Of a DNA stretch of 32,000 nt, positions 1 through 10,083 are shown in pieces. The DNA is from Methylophaga frappieri (GTDB lineage: Bacteria; Pseudomonadota; Gammaproteobacteria; Nitrosococcales; Methylophagaceae). The translations under genes were made by a program, and so were the position numbers. The stretch's first letter is position 1, and each line of letters opens with the position of its first letter. The notes below the pieces were generated by a model, which was not told where the DNA came from, ran no database searches, and saw only the letters and a list, made by a program, of their open reading frames with translations. Location: NCBI RefSeq assembly GCF_000260965.1, contig NC_017856.1:1350001-1382000 (forward strand), written 5' to 3'.

Positions 1-80
1 AACATGCCGATATATTTCTGTCGCTGAGGCGAGAGACGCCAACAACAAGGCGCTTATCAAACTCATGCTGAGTGGCCATT

Positions 81-992
81 TCATCCGGCAAAGGCGTAAT
101 GTGCAACAACGGCAAAAAACAACACCGCGCCAACATAATTATTATTCAAAAATGCTTGCAGACACGCTTTTGGCTCACGATCTCTAATCAGCCACTGTTG
201 ATAACCGAATAATGCCGAGACAATCACGATCGCCAAATAAAACAGCGCGTTGAACGATAATTGCCACCCCACCAAAAGCATTAACAGCAAAAATACCCCC
301 TGCAGTCCGGCCTGAATAAGACGATCCTGACTGCCAAATAAAATTGCTGTCGACTTCACCCCTGCCTGCAAATCATCGAACCGATCCGCCATGGCATAAA
401 AGGTGTCGTAGACGATCGTCCAGACAATATTGGCAACGAACAGTAACCAGGCAATTGCTGGTACCGATGACGTCTGGGCAGCAAAAGCCATGGGAATCGC
501 CCAGCCAAACGCCATACCGAGCACCAGTTGTGGAAAATAGGTATAACGTTTCATAAAGGGATAACAAAACGCCAGTAACACCGCGACCAATGATAACTGT
601 ATGGTCAGCTGATTGAGTTGCAGTACCAACAGGAAAGCCATCAAGGTCAATATAATAAACACCATTACCGCATGCCAGGGACGCAACTTGCCCGTGGCAA
701 GTGGGCGGTTTTCGGTACGCCAGACCTGGCCATCAACATGTCGGTCGGCAAAATCATTAATCGCACAGCCAGCACTTCGCATCAGAACCACACCTGCAAC
801 AAAGATCAACAGGATCTGTGCATCAGGCACGCCCTCTGCGGCAATCCATAAAGCCATCAGCGTTGGCCACAGTAATAACAAAATGCCAATCGGTCGATCT
901 AGCCGGGTTAATTGCCAGCAATGCCGTAATAGATTCACGTTGGTTTTCCAAACTGATTCGTTAAAAATACTTCGCTGACCAGTAATTGGCAT
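81..992 (-). CDS. ubiA: 4-hydroxybenzoate polyprenyltransferase (UbiA)
   Basis: 303-aa polytopic membrane ORF with the UbiA motif [10 protein letters not shown] and the second Asp-rich motif [13 protein letters not shown]. It aligns along its length with E. coli UbiA from memory. The ATG at 992 overlaps ubiC by 58 nt. An in-frame GTG at 938 would give a GTGA stop/start overlap and a 285-aa product, so the start is uncertain. Confidence 0.9.
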   Translation of the reverse strand: MPITGQRSIFNESVWKTNVNLLRHCWQLTRLDRPIGILLLLWPTLMALWIAAEGVPDAQILLIFVAGVVLMRSAGCAINDFADRHVDGQVWRTENRPLATGKLRPWHAVMVFIILTLMAFLLVLQLNQLTIQLSLVAVLLAFCYPFMKRYTYFPQLVLGMAFGWAIPMAFAAQTSSVPAIAWLLFVANIVWTIVYDTFYAMADRFDDLQAGVKSTAILFGSQDRLIQAGLQGVFLLLMLLVGWQLSFNALFYLAIVIVSALFGYQQWLIRDREPKACLQAFLNNNYVGAVLFFAVVAHYAFAG

Positions 993-1477
993 CCTTTAAA
1001 ATCGAACACCGAACGCCTTGCCCAGAGTTGCTGTGGACGGATATCAGCAGCCATGCAGGCTTGCTTACAAAGACGATGATTCACCGGCAACTTACTGATC
1101 ATGATACGCCCCCGCGCCACGCCATGCGTTCGAAATAACCAATCCCCCAGAGAATTCCGGCCGATACGTTGCAGACGACGTTGAAGTTGACGATAACTCC
1201 CTTGAGGCACGATTGTTCGGGCAAAGACCTGCGGCTTATCGCCATCCATCAGACAGACTTCACGACAAAACACTTTTGCATGGTGCTTAGTCCCCAATGC
1301 AAGCGCTTCATCAACGATGGGATACTGCCAGTTACAACGCTGTATATTGACTGAAAAACCCTGTTGACTGACTCCCTTAAGACGCGCAGTTAGGGAACCA
1401 CGAGCCTGCAACCAAGTCGCCAATGATATTGGCAACTGCCCTTTAAAACGCGGATACCAATGGCTAAAGTCTCTCAT
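935..1477 (-). CDS. ubiC: chorismate pyruvate-lyase (UbiC family)
   Basis: 180-aa ORF immediately upstream of ubiA, the classic ubiCA arrangement. Its size and the central [20 protein letters not shown] segment resemble UbiC. Its ATG overlaps the recG stop as ATGA at 1474-1477. Confidence 0.7.
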   Translation of the reverse strand: MRDFSHWYPRFKGQLPISLATWLQARGSLTARLKGVSQQGFSVNIQRCNWQYPIVDEALALGTKHHAKVFCREVCLMDGDKPQVFARTIVPQGSYRQLQRRLQRIGRNSLGDWLFRTHGVARGRIMISKLPVNHRLCKQACMAADIRPQQLWARRSVFDFKGCQLLVSEVFLTNQFGKPT

Positions 1478-3558
1478 ACTTGTCCGAAATTCATTTTTTC
1501 TGCAAACCAGCGCTTGATTAATACTGGCACCTGTTCCGGATAGGCTGACATCAGTCTGTCCGCTGCCGCGCTGATATCATCCAGAAGCATCGCATCGGCT
1601 AACAAATCCGCTATTCGAAACTGAGGCAAACCGGTTTGTCGTGTGCCTAATAATTCACCAGGTCCCCGGATTTCCAGATCTCGGCGCGCAATCTCAAAGC
1701 CATCCTGATTTTCTCGCAGACAGGTTAATCGTGCCGATCCATTTTCGGAGAGCGGCGGATGATAAAGCAACACGCAATGACTTTCTATCTCGCCTCGTCC
1801 GACCCGGCCTCGAAGCTGATGTAATTGTGCCAGCCCGAGTCGCTCGGCATTTTCAATAACCATCAAACTGGCATTGGGCACATCCACACCCACCTCAATA
1901 ACAGTGGTCGCCACCAAAAGATCGATTTCACCGGCTTTAAACCGCTGCATTATCGCCTCTTTGTCATTTGACTTCATGCGACCATGAACCAAGCCGAGCC
2001 GCAAGTCTGGTAAAGCCTGCTGCAAATCGGCAAGGGTCTGCTCTGCGGCCTGGCACTGCAAATGTTCTGATTCTTCAATCAGGGTGCAAACCCAGTAGAC
2101 CTGCCGATCCTGCTGACACGCCGCATGAATTCTGGCGATCACTTCCTGACGTCGGTTATCCGCTACCACAACGGTGGTTACCGGCTGACGACCGGGTGGC
2201 AGACTATCGATAATCGACACTTGCAAATCCGCATAAGCCGTCATTGCCAATGTCCTTGGGATTGGCGTTGCCGTCATTACCAATTGGTGCGGATAAATTG
2301 TAGTCTGATGGCCCTTGTCACGCAGAGCTAAACGCTGGTGCACACCAAACCGGTGTTGCTCGTCTATCACGACCAGGGCCAAACGTTGAAATTGCACTTG
2401 ATCTTGAAATAACGCATGCGTGCCAATCAGGACATCCGTTTCTCCCTGAGCCAAAGCGGCGAGCATGTCTCGGCGTTGTTTAGCCGTCTGTTTTCCAGAA
2501 CACCAGCCAACCGAGACACCTAATGGCAACAACCATTGCTTATAAGTTTGATAATGCTGTTCTGCTAACAACTCAGTCGGCGCCATGATCGCCGCTTGGT
2601 AACCGCCGGCAACAGCAGCAATCGCCGCGAGTGCAGAAACCACGGTTTTGCCCGACCCCACATCTCCCTGAACAAGACGTTGCATTGGAATGGGCTGTTG
2701 CAGATCGGCATAGATTTCCCCGACGACGCGTTGTTGTGCGACAGTCAGTGAAAAAGGCAACGCCGAAAGAAACGATGCTGACAAAGCGGAATCTGTTGTT
2801 AAGACGGGCGCCTGATATTGCTGCCACTGTTGTCGTAATTGACGCATACTGAGCTGATGCGCTAATAACTCTTCAAATGCCAGCCTTTTCTGTGCTGGAT
2901 GTTGGCGGGCAACCAAGTCGGTAACTGGTGCCTCTGGTGGCGGCTGATGAACCAGTTTTAATGCGTGTTCAAGCGGAATTTCCAATAACGAAAACTGTTT
3001 TGCCATTTCATCGGGCAACGGCTTAATAGCGCTCTCCGCCAGAACCGTTAATGCCTGCGCGATTAATTTACGCCAGGTCAGCTGATGTAGCCCTTCGGTT
3101 GTTGGGTAAACTGGCGTCAATGTGGCCGCAACCGGGATGACTTCATCCGCTGGTAATAATTGATATTCGGGATGAATCATTTCCAGTGCAGATGGGCCTT
3201 GTCGAACTTCACCAAAACAACGTATTCGTTGGCCTTTGGCTAACTGCTGCTGTTGGCTTTTACCAAAATGGAAAAAACGCAGTATCAGGCTGCCACTGCC
3301 ATCGCCGATATGACACAACAAAGCGCGCCGCCGGCCATAAGTGATTTGCGACAGATTAATCACACCTTCAATCAGACATTCCTGCTGCATGCGCAAGCTG
3401 CCCAGTGGTACCAGTCTGGTGCGGTCCTGATAACGCAACGGCAAGTGAAATAACACATCACTAACCCGGGTGATACCGAGTTTATTCAGTTTTTGTTGCA
3501 GTTTTTCACCAACGCCGCGCAGCGCCGTTACCGATGCTTGCAGAGTGATTTGGCTCAA
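1474..3558 (-). CDS. recG: ATP-dependent DNA helicase RecG
   Basis: 694 aa with an N-terminal wedge/OB region, Walker A GDVGSGKT, a DEQHRFG box and the C-terminal helicase motif QLHQLRGRVGRG. The start is TTG at 3558. Confidence 0.95.
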   Translation of the reverse strand: MSQITLQASVTALRGVGEKLQQKLNKLGITRVSDVLFHLPLRYQDRTRLVPLGSLRMQQECLIEGVINLSQITYGRRRALLCHIGDGSGSLILRFFHFGKSQQQQLAKGQRIRCFGEVRQGPSALEMIHPEYQLLPADEVIPVAATLTPVYPTTEGLHQLTWRKLIAQALTVLAESAIKPLPDEMAKQFSLLEIPLEHALKLVHQPPPEAPVTDLVARQHPAQKRLAFEELLAHQLSMRQLRQQWQQYQAPVLTTDSALSASFLSALPFSLTVAQQRVVGEIYADLQQPIPMQRLVQGDVGSGKTVVSALAAIAAVAGGYQAAIMAPTELLAEQHYQTYKQWLLPLGVSVGWCSGKQTAKQRRDMLAALAQGETDVLIGTHALFQDQVQFQRLALVVIDEQHRFGVHQRLALRDKGHQTTIYPHQLVMTATPIPRTLAMTAYADLQVSIIDSLPPGRQPVTTVVVADNRRQEVIARIHAACQQDRQVYWVCTLIEESEHLQCQAAEQTLADLQQALPDLRLGLVHGRMKSNDKEAIMQRFKAGEIDLLVATTVIEVGVDVPNASLMVIENAERLGLAQLHQLRGRVGRGEIESHCVLLYHPPLSENGSARLTCLRENQDGFEIARRDLEIRGPGELLGTRQTGLPQFRIADLLADAMLLDDISAAADRLMSAYPEQVPVLIKRWFAEKMNFGQV

Positions 3559-3578
3559 GGCCGTTACTCAGCGCGTTA

Positions 3579-3965
3579 TTAACTGCTGAGATGGAGCACC
3601 GCGTCCATTTCTACCGGCACCCCTTTGGGTAACGATGCCACGCCAATTGCCGCACGCGCCGGATAGGGCTGTTGAAAATACTCAGCCATAATTTCATTGA
3701 CCGTGCCGAAATAGCTGAGATCCGTCAAATAGATATTCAGTTTGACAACATCCTGCAAACTGCCCCCCGCGGCTTTGGCGACTGCTGACAGGTTATCGAA
3801 AACCCGTCTTGCCTGCGTCGCAAAATCCCCCTCAATAACCGTCATCGTCTCGGGAACCAAGGGAATTTGCCCGGACAGATAAACGACATCACCGACCTTG
3901 ATAGCCTGAGAGTATGTGCCAATTGCTTCGGGGGCATCCGCAGTGTGAATCACTTCACGCGACAT
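3579..3965 (-). CDS. ridA: RidA/YjgF/TdcF-family reactive-intermediate deaminase
   Basis: 128 aa with a typical YjgF family sequence ([25 protein letters not shown] ... [20 protein letters not shown]). It occupies the same position after spoT as in Pseudomonas-like genomes. Confidence 0.85.
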   Translation of the reverse strand: MSREVIHTADAPEAIGTYSQAIKVGDVVYLSGQIPLVPETMTVIEGDFATQARRVFDNLSAVAKAAGGSLQDVVKLNIYLTDLSYFGTVNEIMAEYFQQPYPARAAIGVASLPKGVPVEMDAVLHLSS

Positions 3966-4012
3966 AAATTTTCTCCGTGAGTCACTTTTCGTGACAAATT
4001 GAACAAAAAGAT

Positions 4013-6184
4013 TTAGCTATTAATCCGGCTGATCCGCTCAACCATTTCCAGTAATCGTAACCGACGAATAACACGCGCCAAATGTTGCCGGCTATAAACT
4101 TCGATAGTCAGGCGCAAATCTGAATAGCCACCATCACGCTCATCAACGACGACATTATCAATATTTGAGTCTGCTTCAGAAACGACCGCCGCAACCGTCG
4201 CCAGTACGCCGCGCTGATTTTTGACATGGACCATTAATTCCACCGGAAAAACCCGGCTAATATCCGACGCCCAGGCAACATCCAGCCATTTCTCATTTTG
4301 AACACGCAGGTGAGAGATATTTTTACAACTGAGCTGATGAATAATAATGCCGCGCCCGGTACTGACATAACCATGAATCGGGTCCCCTGGAATCGGGTGA
4401 CAGCAACGACCAAAGCTAACGACCATCCCCTCCGTGCCGGCTATCAGTAACGCATGCGGTTCTTTATCCGGGGTTTCACTATGAACCAGTTTTTGTGCAA
4501 CCAGTAAAGCGGCATGGTTGCCCAGTCCGATATCACGTAGTACCACATCAAAATTAGGTGCTTCAAATTCCTTCACAACGGCATTGATGCGCTTGGTGGA
4601 AATATTTTCCATTGCCGTTGAAAACGCCACCAAATGTTTGTTCAACAAACGCTGACCAAGGGTGATGGCTTCTTCTTCCTGCAGATTTTTCAGGTATTGG
4701 CGAATATTTGTCCGCGCTTTAGGGGTCACCACAAAATTAAGCCAGGCCGGGTTCGGATGGGCCGTTGGCGAGGTAATAATTTCAACTGACTGCCCGGTTT
4801 CCAACTGGGAGCTCAGCGGAACCACGTTACGGCCGACCCGCGCGGCAACACAACTATTGCCGACATCGCTATGCACCGCATAAGCAAAATCGACGGCGGA
4901 AGCACCGCGTGGCAGCGTGAGAATTTCCCCTTTCGGCGTAGACACATAAATCTCATCCGGAAACAAATCCATGCGCAGATTTTCCAGAAACTCCTCCGAG
5001 TCGCCAGAGCTTTTTTGCATTTCCAAAATGCCTTGTAGCCATTGTCTCGCTTTTCTATCAGCCAGCGTATTGCCACCACTCTCACCGCTTTTATAAAGCC
5101 AGTGAGCAGCCACTCCTGCTTCTGCCAGATGATCCATGTCCCGGGAGCGAATTTGCACTTCAATCGGCACCCCATAAGGGCCAAACAAAACCGTATGTAA
5201 CGATTGATAGCCATTGGCCTTAGGAATAGCAATGTAATCTTTAAACTTGCCTTGGACCGGCTTGTAGAGATTATGAACAACCCCGAGCATCCGGTAACAG
5301 GCATCGACATCATCAACAATAATCCGAAAAGCATAAACATCCATCACCTCGGAAAAAGATAGCTGCTTGCTCCACATTTTTTTGTAAATGCTGTAAAGGT
5401 TTTTTTCTCGACCCTGAATATCGGCGGTCAGGCCTTCCTGCTCCATTCGGTTGAGAATAGAACTGGTAATCTGTGTGACAATTTCTTTGCGATTCCCTCG
5501 GGCTTTGCGTACCGCATCGGTTAGTACCCGATACCGAATCGGATGCAGGACGTGAAAGCCCAGATCTTCCAGCTCACAACGCATCAGATTCATCCCGAGC
5601 CGCTGAGCAATCGGCGCATAAATTTCCAAAGTCTCATTTGCAATACGCCGCCGCTTGTCCGGCCGCAAATGACCCAGCGTCCGCATGTTATGCAATCGGT
5701 CGGCAAGTTTAACGATAATAACGCGAATGTCTCTGGACATTGCCAATAACATCTTGCGCAGATTTTCAGCTTGTTTTTCAACCGGGGATTGATTGCTGTT
5801 TTCAAAGGCCGCTTTGGCCAATTTGGTGACGCCTTCAACTAATTCGGCAACCGTATCACCAAATTCGATCGCAACATCTGCCCTCGCCGCAGGTGTATCC
5901 TCGATAACATCATGCAATAGACCAGCCATGATACATTCGTAATCCATATGCATCATGGCCAAGACGTGCGCGACCGCCAGCGGGTGCGTGATGTATCGCT
6001 CACCACTTCGCCGTGTTTGGCCTTCGTGACAGTTATCGGCGTAATGATATGCTCGCCGAATGGCCTCTACCTGCGCGGGTTCCAGATAATTTGCGGTAGC
6101 AAAGCACAAGTCGTCGATAGTGAGTCGGGGTTCAGACTCCTGAATAAAATCCAGTTCGGTCGCGACAGTTGGCTTTGCACTCAC
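4013..6184 (-). CDS. spoT: bifunctional (p)ppGpp synthetase/hydrolase SpoT
   Basis: 723 aa with an intact HD hydrolase motif (HDVIEDT), a RelA/SpoT synthetase domain, and TGS and C-terminal ACT-like regions. It lies directly downstream of rpoZ. The start is GTG at 6184. Confidence 0.95.
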   Translation of the reverse strand: MSAKPTVATELDFIQESEPRLTIDDLCFATANYLEPAQVEAIRRAYHYADNCHEGQTRRSGERYITHPLAVAHVLAMMHMDYECIMAGLLHDVIEDTPAARADVAIEFGDTVAELVEGVTKLAKAAFENSNQSPVEKQAENLRKMLLAMSRDIRVIIVKLADRLHNMRTLGHLRPDKRRRIANETLEIYAPIAQRLGMNLMRCELEDLGFHVLHPIRYRVLTDAVRKARGNRKEIVTQITSSILNRMEQEGLTADIQGREKNLYSIYKKMWSKQLSFSEVMDVYAFRIIVDDVDACYRMLGVVHNLYKPVQGKFKDYIAIPKANGYQSLHTVLFGPYGVPIEVQIRSRDMDHLAEAGVAAHWLYKSGESGGNTLADRKARQWLQGILEMQKSSGDSEEFLENLRMDLFPDEIYVSTPKGEILTLPRGASAVDFAYAVHSDVGNSCVAARVGRNVVPLSSQLETGQSVEIITSPTAHPNPAWLNFVVTPKARTNIRQYLKNLQEEEAITLGQRLLNKHLVAFSTAMENISTKRINAVVKEFEAPNFDVVLRDIGLGNHAALLVAQKLVHSETPDKEPHALLIAGTEGMVVSFGRCCHPIPGDPIHGYVSTGRGIIIHQLSCKNISHLRVQNEKWLDVAWASDISRVFPVELMVHVKNQRGVLATVAAVVSEADSNIDNVVVDERDGGYSDLRLTIEVYSRQHLARVIRRLRLLEMVERISRINS

Positions 6185-6189
6185 TGGAA

Positions 6190-6450
6190 TCAGACTTCTT
6201 TCAGCAACTCTTCTTCGGTAACTTGACTGACCGCTGCGTGTTCACGAGCATGCGTCTGTTCCAAAATATTGGGATTCACTAAGCCTGCGGCGATCTCACG
6301 TAACGCAAGCACCGTGGGTTTATCATTATCCAGTGATACCAGCGGGTCATCACCTAAGGCAATCTGTCTTGCCCGTTTGGCAGCAACTAATACCAGGTGA
6401 AAACGGTTATCAACATGTTCCAGACAATCTTCTACCGTCGTACGCGCCAT
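6190..6450 (-). CDS. rpoZ: DNA-directed RNA polymerase subunit omega
   Basis: 86 aa beginning [30 protein letters not shown], which is the canonical RpoZ N-terminus. Confidence 0.95.
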   Translation of the reverse strand: MARTTVEDCLEHVDNRFHLVLVAAKRARQIALGDDPLVSLDNDKPTVLALREIAAGLVNPNILEQTHAREHAAVSQVTEEELLKEV

Positions 6451-6501
6451 TGAATTAATCCTGATTGTAGTAAACCGTTTATGGTACGAAAAATCGGCAT
6501 T

Positions 6502-7113
6502 TCACGCCAGTAATTCCGCTAACAGCGACTGATATTGGTTCACTTGATGACGTTGTTGATGCCGGGCTGCGACAACGATCGCCGTTAAGCTGTGCAATGC
6601 GGTATCAAAATCATCATTAACAATTAAGTAATCAAATTCCACATAATGCGAAATTTCCCGCTCTGCGTCACGCATGCGGCGACTAATGGTTGCTTCATCA
6701 TCTTGACCGCGATGTCGTAAACGTTGTTCCAGCGTGGCTTTTGATGGCGGTAAAATAAAGACGCTATGACTGTCAGCAAAATTATTACGAACTTGCTGTG
6801 CTCCTTGCCAGTCAATTTCAAGGATGACGTCGAATCCTTGAAGTAACTGCGCCTGCACCGCCGATGCGGACGTGCCGTAGAAATTGTCAAACACGTTGGC
6901 TGACTCCATAAATTCACCGGCATCTCGCATCTGCCCGAAGGTAGCCATATCGACAAAATGATAATCTTGTCCATCAATTTCACCTGCGCGTGCTGGACGC
7001 GTTGTATGCGACACCGACAGCCGAACTTGTGGCTGCGTGCTAACCAGGGCATTGACCAGACTGGTTTTTCCGGCACCGGACGGTGCAGCAACAATAAACA
7101 GATTTCCGGACAT
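6502..7113 (-). CDS. gmk: guanylate kinase
   Basis: P-loop APSGAGKTSL and a Gmk-like body. I place the start at the internal ATG at 7113 (MSGNLFIVAAPSGAGKT), giving 203 aa. The 35-aa extension in the ORF track has no Gmk counterpart. Confidence 0.92.
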   Translation of the reverse strand: MSGNLFIVAAPSGAGKTSLVNALVSTQPQVRLSVSHTTRPARAGEIDGQDYHFVDMATFGQMRDAGEFMESANVFDNFYGTSASAVQAQLLQGFDVILEIDWQGAQQVRNNFADSHSVFILPPSKATLEQRLRHRGQDDEATISRRMRDAEREISHYVEFDYLIVNDDFDTALHSLTAIVVAARHQQRHQVNQYQSLLAELLA

Positions 7114-7277
7114 GTTAAAACCTTGGATTTGGGCGATGAATAGCTTGTTTAATGACGCAAACAATACTGGTTTCTGCTTTTTTGCGCCAGTCTCAACAGG
7201 ATCCGGTAAACAAGACAATGGCTACCATCACCATTCCTTTGCTATCTCGTAAAATTTTGTTAACGCCCCTTTTTATT

Positions 7278-7296
7278 GAAAATAAATCTCATTATC
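7278..7296 (+). promoter_or_regulatory. candidate Fur box upstream of the iron ABC importer
   Basis: gaaaataaatctcattatc matches the 19-bp Fur consensus GATAATGATAATCATTATC at 14 of 19 positions by hand alignment. It lies about 35 nt upstream of the substrate-binding protein start. Confidence 0.5.
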
Positions 7297-7331
7297 ATTT
7301 TATAACTATTCACTTATTGAAAGGAGAAATT

Positions 7332-8357
7332 ATGCGTCCGACACGTTTACTTGCCTGCCTCGGTTTATCATTGAGTCTGGCTTTCCCGGTAGCGGCCTCC
7401 GCTGCAGAAGAGGTCAATTTATATTCAGCACGAATAGAAAGCCTGATTAAGCCGATATTAGACCGATTTACTGAGCAAACCGGCATTAATGTCAACCTTG
7501 TTACAGGTAACGCTGACCAACTCATCAGCCGGTTAAAAACGGAGGGCCGTAATTCACCGGCAGATATGCTGATCACCACCGATGCTGGCCGCTTACATCG
7601 TGCCAAGGAAGCTGGCGTTGTCCAACCAGTCTCTTCCGACATCTTGGCTGAGCGTATTCCTGAAGCGTATCGCGATCCAGATAATCAGTGGTTTGGCTTA
7701 TCATTACGCGCCCGGCCAATCATGTATGTCGAAGGTGAAGTTGATCCTGCCGAGCTGTCAACATACGAAGATCTGGCTGACCCAAAATGGCAAAAACAAA
7801 TTTGTATTCGCTCATCAAGTAATATTTACAATCAATCCTTGGTTGCCTCTTTGATTGAAGCGAATGGTCCTGAGGCTACTGAGAGTTGGGCTAAGGGTTT
7901 AGTCAATAATATGGCGAGACCACCGCAAGGCGGGGATCGAGATCAAATCAAAGCCGCCGCCGCTGGTCAATGTAAACTGGCTGTCGCCAATACCTACTAC
8001 CTCGCCGGCATGATGAACAGCACGGATGTCAGCGAACAGGAAGCCGCCAGTAAAATTCGCGTTTTCTGGCCAAATCAGGCGGATCGCGGCACCCATGTGA
8101 ATGTTTCTGGTGCAGCGATTACCAAAGCAGCGCAAAACCGTGACAATGCCATCAAACTGCTTGAGTTTTTAACCTCTGACGAAGCCCAACACTGGTATGC
8201 TGAGGTAAATGGTGAATACCCTGTTGTCGCTGATATTGAAAGTAGCGAATTGCTGCAACAATGGGGAAATTTCAAAGCAGATGATTTGAACATGTCGGTT
8301 TTAGGTGAAAATAATGCCGATGCTGTTAAGCTCATGGACCGCGCTGGTTGGCAATAA
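7332..8357 (+). CDS. Fe(III) ABC transporter periplasmic substrate-binding protein (FbpA/AfuA family)
   Basis: The start is at ATG 7332, preceded by the AAGGAG Shine-Dalgarno at 7321-7326. The signal peptide is MRPTRLLACLGLSLSLAFPVAASA. The mature sequence resembles ferric-binding proteins (LYSARIESLIKPILDRFTEQTGINVNLVTG ... SPADMLITTDAGRL). Confidence 0.85.
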   Translation: MRPTRLLACLGLSLSLAFPVAASAAEEVNLYSARIESLIKPILDRFTEQTGINVNLVTGNADQLISRLKTEGRNSPADMLITTDAGRLHRAKEAGVVQPVSSDILAERIPEAYRDPDNQWFGLSLRARPIMYVEGEVDPAELSTYEDLADPKWQKQICIRSSSNIYNQSLVASLIEANGPEATESWAKGLVNNMARPPQGGDRDQIKAAAAGQCKLAVANTYYLAGMMNSTDVSEQEAASKIRVFWPNQADRGTHVNVSGAAITKAAQNRDNAIKLLEFLTSDEAQHWYAEVNGEYPVVADIESSELLQQWGNFKADDLNMSVLGENNADAVKLMDRAGWQ

Positions 8358-8400
8358 TGACTGTAGCACGTAAAGTTGGCAACTTTGCCGTAATGCCTGC

Positions 8401-10083
8401 GTGCTGATGTCTAAAAACCAATCTTCATCCTTATATCGCAACGCCGTCATCCTGACGGCGTTGCTGCTTGCATTACCTGTTATTGTCGTACTGACCTTTG
8501 TTTTTGTGCCTAGCGGCGAGGTGTGGGCACATTTAGCCAGTACGGTACTTGATGATTATATCCAGCACTCGCTGTTACTTATGCTGGGGGTTAGCATTGG
8601 CACATTACTACTCGGTGTTAGCACTGCCTGGCTAACGACCATGTGCCAATTCCCTGGTCGCAGCGTGTTCGAATGGGCGTTGTTGCTGCCAATGGCCATG
8701 CCTGCTTATATTATTGCCTACACCTATACCGGTATGCTGGACTTTTCCGGCCCTGTACAGACGGCTATCAGAGATCTGACCGGCTGGGGTTATGGTGATT
8801 ATTGGTTTCCCCAGATTCGTTCATTAGGCGGTGCCATTGTTATGCTCACATTGGTACTCTATCCGTATGTCTATTTGCTCAGTCGGGCGGCTTTTTTAAA
8901 TCAATCCATTTGCGTACTGGATGTCAGCCGTACGCTAGGTAATGGCCCATGGCGGACTTTTTATAAAGTCGCACTGCCACTAGCCAGACCGGCGATTATT
9001 GCTGGTTTGTCTTTGGTATTAATGGAAACCTTGGCCGATTTTGGAACGGTTCAATATTTTGGTGTCAGCACCTTTACAACCGGCATCTTTCGAACCTGGT
9101 TTGGACTTGGCAGTGCCGCCGCGGCAGCACAATTGGCAGCAGGGTTGATGGTGTTTGTGTTTGCCTTGATTATTTTAGAACGCCTTTCCAGACGCCAAGC
9201 GCGATACCATCATACCAGCCGACGACATCAAGATCTGCGCCGCTATATTTTGCAGGGAAACCGTGCCATGGGGGCATTTGGGCTGTGTCTGCTAATCCTG
9301 CTGTTCGGCTTTTTGCTACCGGCAACGCAATTAGCTAGCTGGACATGGCAAGTTGCTGGCAGCATACTCAATGCACAATTCCTAGATATGTTACTAAATA
9401 GCCTGCAATTAGCGGCGATTGCTGCCATGCTGGCCTTGCTCATTGCATTGGCCATGGCCTATGGACAACGGCTTTATCCAAGCCGAAGTGTCCGATTTGC
9501 TGTGCGTTTGGCAGGCATGGGCTATGCTGTTCCCGGTGCGGTCATCGCCGTTGGTGTCATGATTCCCTTCGCTTGGCTCGATAATACGCTGGATAGCTGG
9601 TTACGCGACAACTGGTCGATTTCCAGCGGTTTGTTATTGAGCGGCACCTTGGTCGCCGTGACTTTTGCCTATTTATGTCGTTTTCTGGCTGTCGCCCTAC
9701 AAACGGTGGAAAGCGGGCTGGGAAAGATTACGCCCGCCATGGATGAGGTAGGAAGATCATTGGGTTATCAGCCAATGCAGGCACTTAAAAAAATTCATGT
9801 GCCATTATTGCAAGGGAGTCTGCTAACGGCATTACTGCTTGTATTTGTCGATGTGTTGAAAGAACTGCCTGCCACACTGATTTTACGGCCTTTTAATTTT
9901 AATACGCTCGCTGTCAGAGCTTATGAACTCGCTTCTGATGAACGACTTGCCGAGGCCGCACCCGCCGCATTGGCAATTGTCGTCGCGGGTATTATTCCGG
10001 TCATTTTACTGAGCCGAACCATCACCCGAAGCCGGCGTATTGCCAACCACGTTGATGCCAATTTAAGGGAGACTGATGCCTAA
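8401..10083 (+). CDS. Fe(III) ABC transporter permease (fused two-domain, FbpB/AfuB family)
   Basis: 560-aa polytopic protein with two tandem binding-protein-dependent permease halves, which is typical of FbpB. The start is either GTG at 8401 or ATG at 8407. Confidence 0.85.
   Translation: MLMSKNQSSSLYRNAVILTALLLALPVIVVLTFVFVPSGEVWAHLASTVLDDYIQHSLLLMLGVSIGTLLLGVSTAWLTTMCQFPGRSVFEWALLLPMAMPAYIIAYTYTGMLDFSGPVQTAIRDLTGWGYGDYWFPQIRSLGGAIVMLTLVLYPYVYLLSRAAFLNQSICVLDVSRTLGNGPWRTFYKVALPLARPAIIAGLSLVLMETLADFGTVQYFGVSTFTTGIFRTWFGLGSAAAAAQLAAGLMVFVFALIILERLSRRQARYHHTSRRHQDLRRYILQGNRAMGAFGLCLLILLFGFLLPATQLASWTWQVAGSILNAQFLDMLLNSLQLAAIAAMLALLIALAMAYGQRLYPSRSVRFAVRLAGMGYAVPGAVIAVGVMIPFAWLDNTLDSWLRDNWSISSGLLLSGTLVAVTFAYLCRFLAVALQTVESGLGKITPAMDEVGRSLGYQPMQALKKIHVPLLQGSLLTALLLVFVDVLKELPATLILRPFNFNTLAVRAYELASDERLAEAAPAALAIVVAGIIPVILLSRTITRSRRIANHVDANLRETDA

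Noticed and set aside
4813-5340. 175-aa alternative-frame ORF inside spoT. Similar shadow ORFs are 6624-7094 in gmk, 18912-19409 and 19055-19324 antisense to hom, 16719-17135 antisense to thrC and the membrane gene, 20926-21285 antisense to the HDOD gene, and 613-978 antisense to ubiA.
   Set aside because: All are fully embedded in strongly supported genes. Their composition is Arg/Cys/Trp-rich and atypical, which is characteristic of off-frame translation. None has a ribosome-binding site or a recognisable domain.
7152-7331. N-terminal extensions in the ORF track: the iron-binding protein from 7152, gmk to 7218, rph from 13558, and NlpC/P60 from 24108.
   Set aside because: In each case an internal ATG with a good Shine-Dalgarno and/or a canonical family N-terminus (signal peptide, P-loop, MRPSGR, lipobox) gives the expected protein length. 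The extensions cross promoter regions or the neighbouring divergent gene.
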